Positions 56,370 to 64,000 of a stretch of DNA of 64,000 nt are shown one piece after another. Where the stretch lies: IMG/VR virus record IMGVR_UViG_3300035662_000021. One strand, 5' to 3'. The notes under the pieces were generated by a model. The model was not told the DNA's origin. It saw only the letters and a program-made list of their open reading frames with translations, and ran no database searches. Made by a program: the position numbers and the translations under genes. The first letter of the stretch is position 1. Each line of letters begins with the position of its first letter. The stretch comes from an uncultured virus (IMG/VR IMGVR_UViG_3300035662_000021) (taxonomy: Duplodnaviria > Heunggongvirae > Uroviricota > Caudoviricetes).

Positions 56370-56726
56370 TCAAGCTCCCGCTGCTGAGTTAGCAGCGACG
56401 GGGCCTTGGCGGCGGATGTCAGCGGAGACGATGGAGCGGATCGCTGCAGCTCGTGAGCAGTGGTTGGCGGTAGCGAGGCCGTCGAGGTAGGCGATCAGTG
56501 GAATAGGGAGCTCGAAGGTGACGGTGCGTTTTCCGTTGCCGGCGAGTTCTGGTGCGGTGATGGCTGGCGATCGTGAGCGGTCGCGGTGGCCGACGATGAT
56601 GGAGCGGAGGTAGGCGGCACGTGTGCAGCCCTGGTAGGCGGCCTGATGATCAAGGTGCCGGATTTGTGCGGCACTGAGATCGAGGGTGATGGTGCGACGG
56701 CCTGGGGCTGGCGGCCAGGTGGGCAT
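56370..56726 (-). CDS. Tandem ribbon-helix-helix protein
   Basis: RRTITLDL..LD..A..GCTRAAYLR present twice. Confidence 0.75.
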   Translation of the reverse strand: MPTWPPAPGRRTITLDLSAAQIRHLDHQAAYQGCTRAAYLRSIIVGHRDRSRSPAITAPELAGNGKRTVTFELPIPLIAYLDGLATANHCSRAAAIRSIVSADIRRQGPVAANSAAGA

Positions 56727-56754
56727 GGGTGCTGCGTGGTGGGGGCTCATGTGC

Positions 56755-56786
56755 AGCTTACCGTAGCGGTTGCGCAACAGCAACCG
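56755..56786 (-). promoter_or_regulatory. Palindrome-overlapped sigma70 promoter at the divergent replication switch
   Basis: TTGCTG-N17-TAAGCT. Confidence 0.7.
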
Positions 56787-57011
56787 ATGGGGTAGGGTTT
56801 GGGAGCCACCACCAGGAAGCCCTCTCCATGATCATGCCAGCTGCTGCCCGGCTCAGGCGGTGGGTGCTCTGCGTTAGAGCGCAGGGTGTGGCCTCTGATC
56901 TGCGAATGGTCCCATCGAGGACTGCCGCTGACGCCAACGTGTCAAGACGTTCCAGGGCGGCAGCAAGGGGGCTGGGGGTGGTTGTTATTTCTCACTCGCC
57001 AACGAAGCTCC

Positions 57012-57182
57012 ATGAATGACATTCAACTTGCTTGTCTCATTAAGCGGATTGCAGATGCAATTGATGAAAACTTTGGCGTTGGCTATGCAAGCCAACACCC
57101 AGAACTTGTGGCCGCGCAGCTTCAAGCAGGAGCAATCATGCAATTAGCGAGTGCTGTTTGCATGATTGCGAACCGACGATGA
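57012..57182 (+). CDS. Hypothetical protein
   Basis: IDENFGVGYASQHPELVAA. Confidence 0.55.
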   Translation: MNDIQLACLIKRIADAIDENFGVGYASQHPELVAAQLQAGAIMQLASAVCMIANRR

Positions 57183-58576
57183 CCGCCATCACCCTCCGCC
57201 CCCGCCAAACCCAAGCCGTCAAGGATCTGCGCTTCGCCTACGCCTCAGGCGCCCGTGCACCAATCCTGGTGGCGCCGACCGGGTTCGGGAAGACCCACGT
57301 CTCCGCTGAGATCGTGCGCCTCACCATCAGCCGCGGCCGCAGCGTGTGGTTCCTGGCGCACCTGCGCGAGATCCTCGATGACACGGCCGACAGGCTGCAA
57401 CAGGCCGGGATCCCGTTCGGTCAGATCAGAGCAAATCGATCATCTGATTACAGCCAGCTTGTGCAAGTGGTCGGCGTGCAAACCGCTGTTCGGCGCCCTC
57501 GACTGCCCCGGCCTGATCTGATCATTATCGATGAATGCCATTTGGCCGTGGCCGAGTCCTACCGCAAGGTGATCGCCGCTGCTGGCCATCCCAGGCTGCT
57601 GGGCCTCACTGGCACGCCACAGCGGCTTGACGGTCGCGGCCTCAGCGAGGTGTTTGATTACATCGTAGAGACGTGCTCCACCGCCGAGCTGATTGATGAA
57701 GGCCTACTGGCCCCGATCCGACTGTTTAGGCCACCATCGCCAGACCTGAGCGGGATTAGCCGCCGTGGCGGTGATTATGACCAGGGGCAGGCTGGATCAG
57801 TGCTGGCCAAGCCTGCCGTTGTTGGCGATGCGTTAAGCCACTGGCGGAAGTTGTGCTATCGCCGCCGTGGCGTGGCGTTCTGCACAACTGTGGCGCATGC
57901 GCATGCCGTGGCCGAACAGTGGCAGCGTGCGGGCTACCGAGCGATGGCCGTTTCCGGCGGCAGTGATGATGCCGAGCGCCGCGAAGCTGTGGCTGGACTG
58001 CGTGCTGGCCGCCTGGATCTGGTCGCGTGTGCGCAGCTGTGGATCGCTGGTGTTGACGTACCGGAGATCGACGCGGTTGTATGGCTCAGGCCAACCGCAA
58101 GCCTCACGGCATGGCTGCAAGGAAATGGTCGTGGACTAAGAATTGCGCCAGGCAAGCGGGATTTGATTGTTGTTGATCATGTGGGCAACAGCGATCCTTT
58201 GCGGCTAGGTAGTCCGTTAATTCCGCATGAGTGGTCACTAGAGGGCAAGGCGAAGCGGAAAGAAGGCGAGCGAGCGCTGTCCGTGAAGATCTGCCCTAGC
58301 TGTTTTGCCAGCATGGAAAGCCGGCGCGGCGAATGTCCCGAGTGCGGCCACGTATTCACTCCGGAACGCCGGCAGCTTGAACACGTGGATGGGGAGCTTG
58401 AGGAAGTTGATGCCAGCGAGCTCAGGCGCGAAGCGAAACGTGAGCAGGCCCAGGCCACCACCGTCGAACAGCTGGTCGCGCTCGGCAAACAGCGCAGGAT
58501 GAAAAACCCCCACGGCTGGGCCCGGTACGTGATGGCTGCCCGGCAGGCGAAGGGGCAGTGGAGGAGGGTGGCGTGA
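57179..58576 (+). CDS. SF2 DEAD/DEAH helicase with Zn ribbon
   Basis: APTGFGKT, DECH, LTGTP, QGNGRGLR, CPSC/CPEC. Confidence 0.92.
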   Translation: MTAITLRPRQTQAVKDLRFAYASGARAPILVAPTGFGKTHVSAEIVRLTISRGRSVWFLAHLREILDDTADRLQQAGIPFGQIRANRSSDYSQLVQVVGVQTAVRRPRLPRPDLIIIDECHLAVAESYRKVIAAAGHPRLLGLTGTPQRLDGRGLSEVFDYIVETCSTAELIDEGLLAPIRLFRPPSPDLSGISRRGGDYDQGQAGSVLAKPAVVGDALSHWRKLCYRRRGVAFCTTVAHAHAVAEQWQRAGYRAMAVSGGSDDAERREAVAGLRAGRLDLVACAQLWIAGVDVPEIDAVVWLRPTASLTAWLQGNGRGLRIAPGKRDLIVVDHVGNSDPLRLGSPLIPHEWSLEGKAKRKEGERALSVKICPSCFASMESRRGECPECGHVFTPERRQLEHVDGELEEVDASELRREAKREQAQATTVEQLVALGKQRRMKNPHGWARYVMAARQAKGQWRRVA

Positions 58577-59379
58577 GCACTCAGTACGTATTCAGCTGCG
58601 GCGGCGGCGTTCAGTCCACGGCCTGTTTGGTGCTGGCGGCCCAGGGTGTCATCCCATACCGCATCTTCGTCTTTGCCAACGTCGGCGACAAGGCCGAGGA
58701 TCCCCGCACCATCGCCTACGTGACAGACGTGCTCAAGCCTTACGCGGCACGGCACGGGATTGAGTGGGTTGAGATCCAGCGACGCCGGCGTGATGGCAAG
58801 CCTGTGGATCTGTATGAGGATCTGCACCGTCCATTGCGTGCCATCAACATTCCCGTGCGGATGGCCAACGGATCACCAGGGAATCGCAACTGCACGGTTG
58901 AGTTCAAGATCAAGCCCATTGCGAGATGGATTAAGGCCAACGCGCCAGGCTGTGTACTGGGGAAGGGCATCAGCACGGATGAGCCACACCGCGCCACGCC
59001 CAGCCGCGAATCCGACTGCTACAGCAGCGCCTACCCGCTAATTGAGCTGGGCTACAGCCGCCAAGACTGCCTGCGGGTGGTGGCCGATGCTGGCCTGCCA
59101 CAGCCGCCGAAATCCAGCTGCTGGTTCTGCCCCTACAAGACCACCGATCAATGGATCACGATGCGACGCGAGCGACCTGAGTTGTCCGCCAGCGCTGCGG
59201 AGCTGGAGAATCGCCTCAACGCCAAGCGCGAGGCGATCGGCAAGGATCGGGTCTTCATGTCAGGCGTTGGCGCCAGGCGGAGGCAGTCACTGGACACTGC
59301 AATCCCTGATCAGCTTGGCCTGTTCTCGGAATGGATTGATGAGCAAGACGGCTGCGAGTCTGGCTACTGCATGACATGA
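58573..59379 (+). CDS. PAPS-reductase-family (PP-loop, Fe-S) protein
   Basis: SCGGGVQS, CTVEFKIKP, KSSCWFCPY, CESGYC. Confidence 0.8.
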   Translation: MSTQYVFSCGGGVQSTACLVLAAQGVIPYRIFVFANVGDKAEDPRTIAYVTDVLKPYAARHGIEWVEIQRRRRDGKPVDLYEDLHRPLRAINIPVRMANGSPGNRNCTVEFKIKPIARWIKANAPGCVLGKGISTDEPHRATPSRESDCYSSAYPLIELGYSRQDCLRVVADAGLPQPPKSSCWFCPYKTTDQWITMRRERPELSASAAELENRLNAKREAIGKDRVFMSGVGARRRQSLDTAIPDQLGLFSEWIDEQDGCESGYCMT

Positions 59380-59525
59380 CCACCCATCCCCCCACCTTCC
59401 AGATCACCGACAAGGGCGGCTGCATCGGCCGGTTCTGGTGGGTCAACACCATCCCCCACACCGGCCGGGAGTGGTGGCCGGAGCTTTTCCCGTTCTGGGG
59501 AACGTCGCACTGGTATCGGTCATGA
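59376..59525 (+). CDS. Small Trp-rich hypothetical protein
   Basis: Copy of 74-223. Confidence 0.6.
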   Translation: MTTHPPTFQITDKGGCIGRFWWVNTIPHTGREWWPELFPFWGTSHWYRS

Positions 59526-60181
59526 CCCCGCCCCCACGCTGGACACAGGCCGAGGCTGAGTTTATAGAAAACCTTGCTGGTGATCTACCGCTGCTGGAGA
59601 TCCACCGGCTGTATCAGCAGCAGGCAAAGTCCCATGGCTGGCGACAGCGATCAGCGATGGCAATCAAGCTCAGGCTGAGGCGAACCGGTCACCATTCAAT
59701 GGTCAGGACTGGTCAGTGGCTGACACCGAATGGCACGGGCGAGGTGCTGGGTTGTGCTGGGTCACGGGTTGCTAGCTGGCTGAAACGACCTGACGTGCTG
59801 GCGATCGTCCGGCCGGTATGGCGTGGGAACGCGCGGTATGTGAGCAGGGCAGGCTGGCGACGGCTTGCGCGGGAGCTGCCAAAGGTGCTCGGCGGGTTTG
59901 ATGCGAATCGGTTGTTTCAGCTGCTGGAGGATCGCGAGCTAGCTGAAGCTGTCGCGGCTCAGTATCGCAGGCCGTTAGGTGATTACCAGATCCAGTGCAT
60001 TGAAACCGGTCAGCGGTGGCCGAATGCGGTGAAGGCTGCCGCAGAGCTGCACGTCAGCCACACAGCGATCACGCTGGCGATCAGGAAACGCCGGCCGTTG
60101 TATGCGCTGGGAATGACATTCGAGGCCCTGCGGAGCGTAGCTCACGGCGCCAACCGTGCCTTGCCCCAGCGCTTCTGCTGA
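59522..60181 (+). CDS. HTH/NUMOD1-like DNA-binding protein
   Basis: RWTQAEAEF; IQCIETGQRWPNAVKAAAELHVS. Confidence 0.75.
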   Translation: MTPPPRWTQAEAEFIENLAGDLPLLEIHRLYQQQAKSHGWRQRSAMAIKLRLRRTGHHSMVRTGQWLTPNGTGEVLGCAGSRVASWLKRPDVLAIVRPVWRGNARYVSRAGWRRLARELPKVLGGFDANRLFQLLEDRELAEAVAAQYRRPLGDYQIQCIETGQRWPNAVKAAAELHVSHTAITLAIRKRRPLYALGMTFEALRSVAHGANRALPQRFC

Positions 60182-60864
60182 TACCAGGCTGCGATCTGCG
60201 GTGTCCACGACCCCACCAACGGCCAGATCATGCCGCACAGCTGCCGAATCTCATCTTGCGCGTCAGCCTTCGACCTGAGGTCGAGGAAGTGCAGCAGTGC
60301 CCGCAAGGTAAACGACACCACGAAGTGCTGGCGGTAGTCGAACGGCAGGATGCTGCGGGCGTGTTCTTCGGCGAAGCCGGCCAGCAGCAGCTCGCGGTAG
60401 CGCTCCGCAGCGACGCGGCAGTACTGCCAATCGATTTCCCGTTGATCTGCGGTGTAGCTGTACTTCTTGCCCTGGCGATCGGTGTAGTCTCCAACCGGGC
60501 GAAGATAGAACACTTCTTCAAGCTCCAGCTCGCCCAGTGCGGCGCGGCAGATGCGCTCGCCCGTATATCGCATTGACTGCACATCGAACGACACCCCCAC
60601 CCGATGTGTGCGTGCCTGCTGCATCACCGAATGGGGAAACCAGCCCACGTTCAGCGTGATCTGCGGATGCTCCAGCGGGCCGTAGTGCCCACGCTCACCA
60701 GACAGCAAGCGCCGCACACAGATCTCCCCGGCGCGGGTTTCATCGGGCGATTCTTGATCCCCAACGAATCCCTCGCTGTAGTCCTGGTGCATGGCCTGCC
60801 AGATCGCGGTCTGCGGCAGCGGCGTCTGCGCCAGCAGGGCAACGCGAAACCGTGGGTCAATCAT
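60142..60864 (-). CDS. thyX: FAD-dependent thymidylate synthase
   Basis: GHYGPLEH, QARTHRVGVSFDVQSMRY, EEHARSILP, LRSKADAQDEI. Confidence 0.94.
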   Translation of the reverse strand: MIDPRFRVALLAQTPLPQTAIWQAMHQDYSEGFVGDQESPDETRAGEICVRRLLSGERGHYGPLEHPQITLNVGWFPHSVMQQARTHRVGVSFDVQSMRYTGERICRAALGELELEEVFYLRPVGDYTDRQGKKYSYTADQREIDWQYCRVAAERYRELLLAGFAEEHARSILPFDYRQHFVVSFTLRALLHFLDLRSKADAQDEIRQLCGMIWPLVGSWTPQIAAWYQQKRWGKARLAP

Positions 60865-61187
60865 GCGGCGTGTGTGGTGGGTGGATTCAGCCAGCCGTCG
60901 ATGCGTGTGGCACGATCAGGGCAGAACCAGGACTGGGCGGCGAACCACTCGCGCCAGGTGGTCGATTGCTTCAGCCCATTACATCGCTGGCAGGCTGGCA
61001 CTAGATTTCCTGCCACGGTCAGTCCACCAGCAGATCGTGGGACGACGTGATCAAGGGTGTCTGCGGGTTGACTACAGTAGGCACACTGGTGATCCCAGGC
61101 ATCGAAGATCGAGGCGCGAAATCGGAGCTTGGTGGTGCGTTTGGTCTGGAGTTCAGTCTCGGAGATGTGAGCTGAGAACTCGGCCAT
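60861..61187 (-). CDS. HNH endonuclease
   Basis: CAYC..TLDHVVPRSAGG..NLVPACQRCN. Confidence 0.9.
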   Translation of the reverse strand: MAEFSAHISETELQTKRTTKLRFRASIFDAWDHQCAYCSQPADTLDHVVPRSAGGLTVAGNLVPACQRCNGLKQSTTWREWFAAQSWFCPDRATRIDGWLNPPTTHAA

Positions 61188-61210
61188 CTAGCTGGTGGTG
61201 AACCACTGGG

Positions 61211-62416
61211 TCATCGTTCCTGATGCACTCCGATGTAGACGGTGCCTTTCTTGGTGAGCGGCAGCACCTTGTCGCGCAGATCGATGTTGTGCATCCGCAG
61301 GCAGCCAAAGGTGGAATGCAGCCGTTGCTTGGGTGCCCATGCACCAGGCCATCCGCAGGCAGTGCCACCACCGTGGAGCATGATGCCGGCGCGGCCGTGC
61401 TTAGCCTCCTGGTTCTCCAGCTCGATCATGTCGAAGGAATACCAGCCGTAGGACCGCAGTGTTGCGTCAAATGCTGGCTTGTCTCCAACCCGCTCGTAGT
61501 CCTTGTAGATCTGGCCGATTTTGTAAAGGCCAGGCGGTGTGTCGCTGTTGCGTGTGCGCCAGTCGTTATCAGCACCCTGGCCACGTGCCAGGCATGGAGC
61601 CTTCCACAGCAGCTTGCCCGTGTGGTCGTAGGCCTCAATCTGCTGATCACGGTCGTTGACCAACAGATAGCTGTCGCCAGGTTTGACGGGTGCTTTCTTG
61701 GCCGGGCCAACCATGCCGGATTCCTCTGTACCGCGAGGATCGAGGCCGCCGACAGGGGCAACCGGCGGGGCAGCCGGCGGGGCCTGCTGCAGCTGGCGGC
61801 CAACGAACAGCTCCACTTCGGCCTTGCGGCGGCGGGTCAGGCCAGCCAGCGGGGTGCCGCCTGATTTGTTCCAGCGCGGCAGTTCTGCGGCGACCACCAC
61901 CGCCGGATCCTCTCCTGCCAGGATCCGTTTACGCAGGGTGGAATTCTGCATCGCCCCTACGCCGAGGTTGTATGTCCAGCTGAGCAACGCAGCGATACGG
62001 TTTGGTTGCCAGCTGCTTACCGCAGGAATGGCTCTCACCAAGGCTTCATGGAACCGCTTCAGGTCTGCATCAAGCTGCGCGTCAGCCTGCGCCTGGGTGA
62101 TGCTCTGACCCTCTCTCACCACCTTGCCGCTGATGGTGGTCGAGCCCCAGCCGATGGCCCATGCGCCGGCATCGGGGTAAGCCTGGAGCCTGAGGCCCTC
62201 GAACTCCTTGATGATTTTTCGTGCTGAGGGCAGCCATGCCGGTTCAGGCACCGGCGCTGCGGGACTGCCCTGTGCCCTCCACAGCTCGGTGAACTCCCGG
62301 CGCTGCTCCGCGGTCAGCGATTCATCCAGCCGACCCAGTGCGGCCAGCTGATGCGGCGTCAGATGGCCCTGGCGTATGGCGTGCTGAGTGGCAGCGCGGA
62401 CTGTGGCGAAAGTCAT
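61211..62416 (-). CDS. Endolysin: GH24 lysozyme plus L,D-transpeptidase-like domain
   Basis: IKEFEGLRLQAYPD, YNLG, GLTRRRKAE; TPPGLY, MLHGG..STFGCLRM. Confidence 0.88.
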   Translation of the reverse strand: MTFATVRAATQHAIRQGHLTPHQLAALGRLDESLTAEQRREFTELWRAQGSPAAPVPEPAWLPSARKIIKEFEGLRLQAYPDAGAWAIGWGSTTISGKVVREGQSITQAQADAQLDADLKRFHEALVRAIPAVSSWQPNRIAALLSWTYNLGVGAMQNSTLRKRILAGEDPAVVVAAELPRWNKSGGTPLAGLTRRRKAEVELFVGRQLQQAPPAAPPVAPVGGLDPRGTEESGMVGPAKKAPVKPGDSYLLVNDRDQQIEAYDHTGKLLWKAPCLARGQGADNDWRTRNSDTPPGLYKIGQIYKDYERVGDKPAFDATLRSYGWYSFDMIELENQEAKHGRAGIMLHGGGTACGWPGAWAPKQRLHSTFGCLRMHNIDLRDKVLPLTKKGTVYIGVHQER

Positions 62417-62589
62417 TTCAGATCAGGCAAGCGATCACCAAGCAGGCGATCAAGGAAGTGCCACCCATGGCGGCCGGCCCAGAACGCGGCTGGTTCGAGG
62501 AAGGCCTTGAGGACAATCAGCCGCACGCCACCGGCCAGCAGCGAGCCGAGCACGATGTCGGTGATGATCCGGCCGTCGTCTGCGCTCAT
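62413..62589 (-). CDS. Small membrane protein (holin-like)
   Basis: IVLGSLLAGGVRLIVLKAFL; coupled to the endolysin. Confidence 0.55.
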   Translation of the reverse strand: MSADDGRIITDIVLGSLLAGGVRLIVLKAFLEPAAFWAGRHGWHFLDRLLGDRLPDLK

Positions 62590-63044
62590 CGCTGCTTCAG
62601 GAGGCGTTGCACGGTGGAACGGAAGACACCGAGCGCATCGGCGATCTCCTGCTGGGTGTAACCGCGGCCGTGCAGTTCCTGCGCCAGATCGGCTCGATCC
62701 ACTGGTTCCTGATCCGGGTCGTCGATCAGCGCGACGGGTTCCGGCAGAGGTTCCGGCAGAGGTTCAGGCAGAGGTTCCGGCTGGTACTCCAGCTGGGGCT
62801 CAGGTTCATCTTGGCGGCGGCGCAGTGCTGGGTTGTAGGTCCACAGGCCACCGAAGGATCCAGCGATGGCGGCAACACCAGCCACCAGCGGCAGGGTGTT
62901 TTCCGAGATCACCTGATCGCAGGCGCCCTGCTCAGCGCGGAACTGCACGCAGTCCACGATGCGGTATCCCGAAACGAGCATGGCGGCGACACCAGCAACG
63001 ACCGAACCGCCGAAGGCTGCAGGGGCAAGCATGGGCTGGCGCAT
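62586..63044 (-). CDS. 2-TM protein with Pro-Glu linker and C-terminal HTH
   Basis: Two hydrophobic segments, (PEPL)n, GYTQQEIADALGVFRSTVQRLL. Confidence 0.75.
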   Translation of the reverse strand: MRQPMLAPAAFGGSVVAGVAAMLVSGYRIVDCVQFRAEQGACDQVISENTLPLVAGVAAIAGSFGGLWTYNPALRRRQDEPEPQLEYQPEPLPEPLPEPLPEPVALIDDPDQEPVDRADLAQELHGRGYTQQEIADALGVFRSTVQRLLKQR

Positions 63045-63166
63045 CACGGTGGTGGGCGAGCTGCTGTAGCTTTCCAGTGCGCCAATGAAAAACCCCACCG
63101 GACCAGGGCGGGGCTTGATGTGTTCTCGGTGGCAGTATGGCGTTGTGCAACCGCAACGCCGCCACC

Positions 63167-63613
63167 ATGTCAGCCGAACACCATATTCAGCAGCGGATCC
63201 TGCTCGCGTGCGGCAGCGGCGATGCGCGGCTGTGGCGGAACAACGTGGGCACGGGCTGGGCAGGGGCTACCACCAGGATCACCGCCGGGAATGTCAGGGC
63301 AGTGGCAGCTCAGTTGAGGCCTGGTGATGTGGTGGTGCGCAACGCCAGGCCGCTGCATGCGGGCCTGTGCGTCGGATCCTCCGACCTGATCGGTTATTCG
63401 GCGCTGGTGGTGGGGCCTGAGCACGTTGGGCAACGGCTAGCGGTGTTCGCCGCGGTGGAGGTGAAGACCGCGAAGGGGCGACCATCTGCAGAGCAGGTGC
63501 AGTTCCTGAACCACATCGAGCAGGCGGGCGGCATGGCTGGGATTGCTCGCAGCGTTGACGAAGCACATCTGATCCTTCGTGGCCCGAGCGCAAACGCTAC
63601 CGCTACGGTTTAA
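63167..63613 (+). CDS. VRR-NUC domain nuclease
   Basis: Paralogue of 880-1299. Confidence 0.88.
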   Translation: MSAEHHIQQRILLACGSGDARLWRNNVGTGWAGATTRITAGNVRAVAAQLRPGDVVVRNARPLHAGLCVGSSDLIGYSALVVGPEHVGQRLAVFAAVEVKTAKGRPSAEQVQFLNHIEQAGGMAGIARSVDEAHLILRGPSANATATV

Positions 63614-63651
63614 CTATGAAGCTCACCGCAGGGGCCCACCCCGATCTGTTG

Positions 63652-64000
63652 ATGCCATTTTCAAATGGCCCCGAGCCGCCACCCGAGCCGGTGCAGGGAT
63701 TGCCGGAACCGTTGCGATTGGCCACCGAACGGCACGACGAGGGGCGGAAGGCGCTTGCCGCGATGGTGGGTCACTGGATGGTGCGCAGCAGCCTGAGCCT
63801 GGAGCAGCTGTCGCTGATCGCGGCATGGGGGCTGAATGAACGGGGCCTAATGGACAAATCGATCCTGAGCCGGATTCGGACGGGCGCGAAAGTCCGCGGC
63901 GCCAGCCTGCCGCAGGTGGATGCGTTGGCGTCCGCCAACATGGCGATCTGGCTATGGCAGGTGCGTGGGAAGCAGAAAGCGTGGGCGAAGCTCGGCCCGC
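63652..64000 (+). CDS. XRE-like HTH protein, possible repressor (partial)
   Basis: Open to window end: SLSLEQLSLIAAW...DKSILSRIRTG; alternative start at 63616. Confidence 0.5.
   Translation, partial: MPFSNGPEPPPEPVQGLPEPLRLATERHDEGRKALAAMVGHWMVRSSLSLEQLSLIAAWGLNERGLMDKSILSRIRTGAKVRGASLPQVDALASANMAIWLWQVRGKQKAWAKLGP

Larger units (their letters stand above)
1..64000. mobile_element. Temperate siphovirus-like (pro)phage DNA, probably cyanobacterial; possibly two related prophages in tandem
   Basis: Integrase, terminase, portal, capsid, tape measure, primase and endolysin all present; no host housekeeping genes. Confidence 0.93.

Noticed and set aside
1..64000. Z-genome genes (purZ/datZ), photosynthesis genes, DNA polymerase, introns or inteins, known defence operons
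   Set aside because: No ORF with the corresponding motifs was recognised; terminase and helicases are of normal length

Overview
The whole window is GC-rich temperate siphovirus-like phage DNA with no host genes. A cyanobacterial host (Synechococcus/Cyanobium-like) is inferred from a cyAbrB-type regulator and a SigF-like sigma factor. Modules: recombination and small early genes (1-8 kb, +); tyrosine integrase and excisionase with a candidate att region (8.6-10.3 kb); early left operon with dcd and Gp157; tail fibres, capsid, tail, portal and terminase (14-52 kb, -); primase-helicase with an iteron origin; SF2 helicase; PAPS-reductase-family protein; thyX; HNH; endolysin and holin. Bases 1-243 recur at about 97% identity at 59303-59545, followed by diverged paralogues. 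This fits best with two related prophages in tandem joined near the integrase, or with an assembly chimera. The strongest hidden structure is regulatory: (i) a 26-bp palindrome overlapping sigma70 promoters, about 9 copies; (ii) a GGAAA(A/C)CT motif just upstream of about 17 mostly late genes, plausibly read by the phage sigma factor; (iii) repeated hairpin junctions between small-gene cassettes; (iv) an attenuator-like RNA and a tRNA-like element flanking a KilA-N gene. Also found: a lambda-type -1 frameshift, two unannotated mini-ORFs, and a near-identical 78-bp LRR repeat array in a tail protein. All family calls are by eye from motifs; no searches were run.
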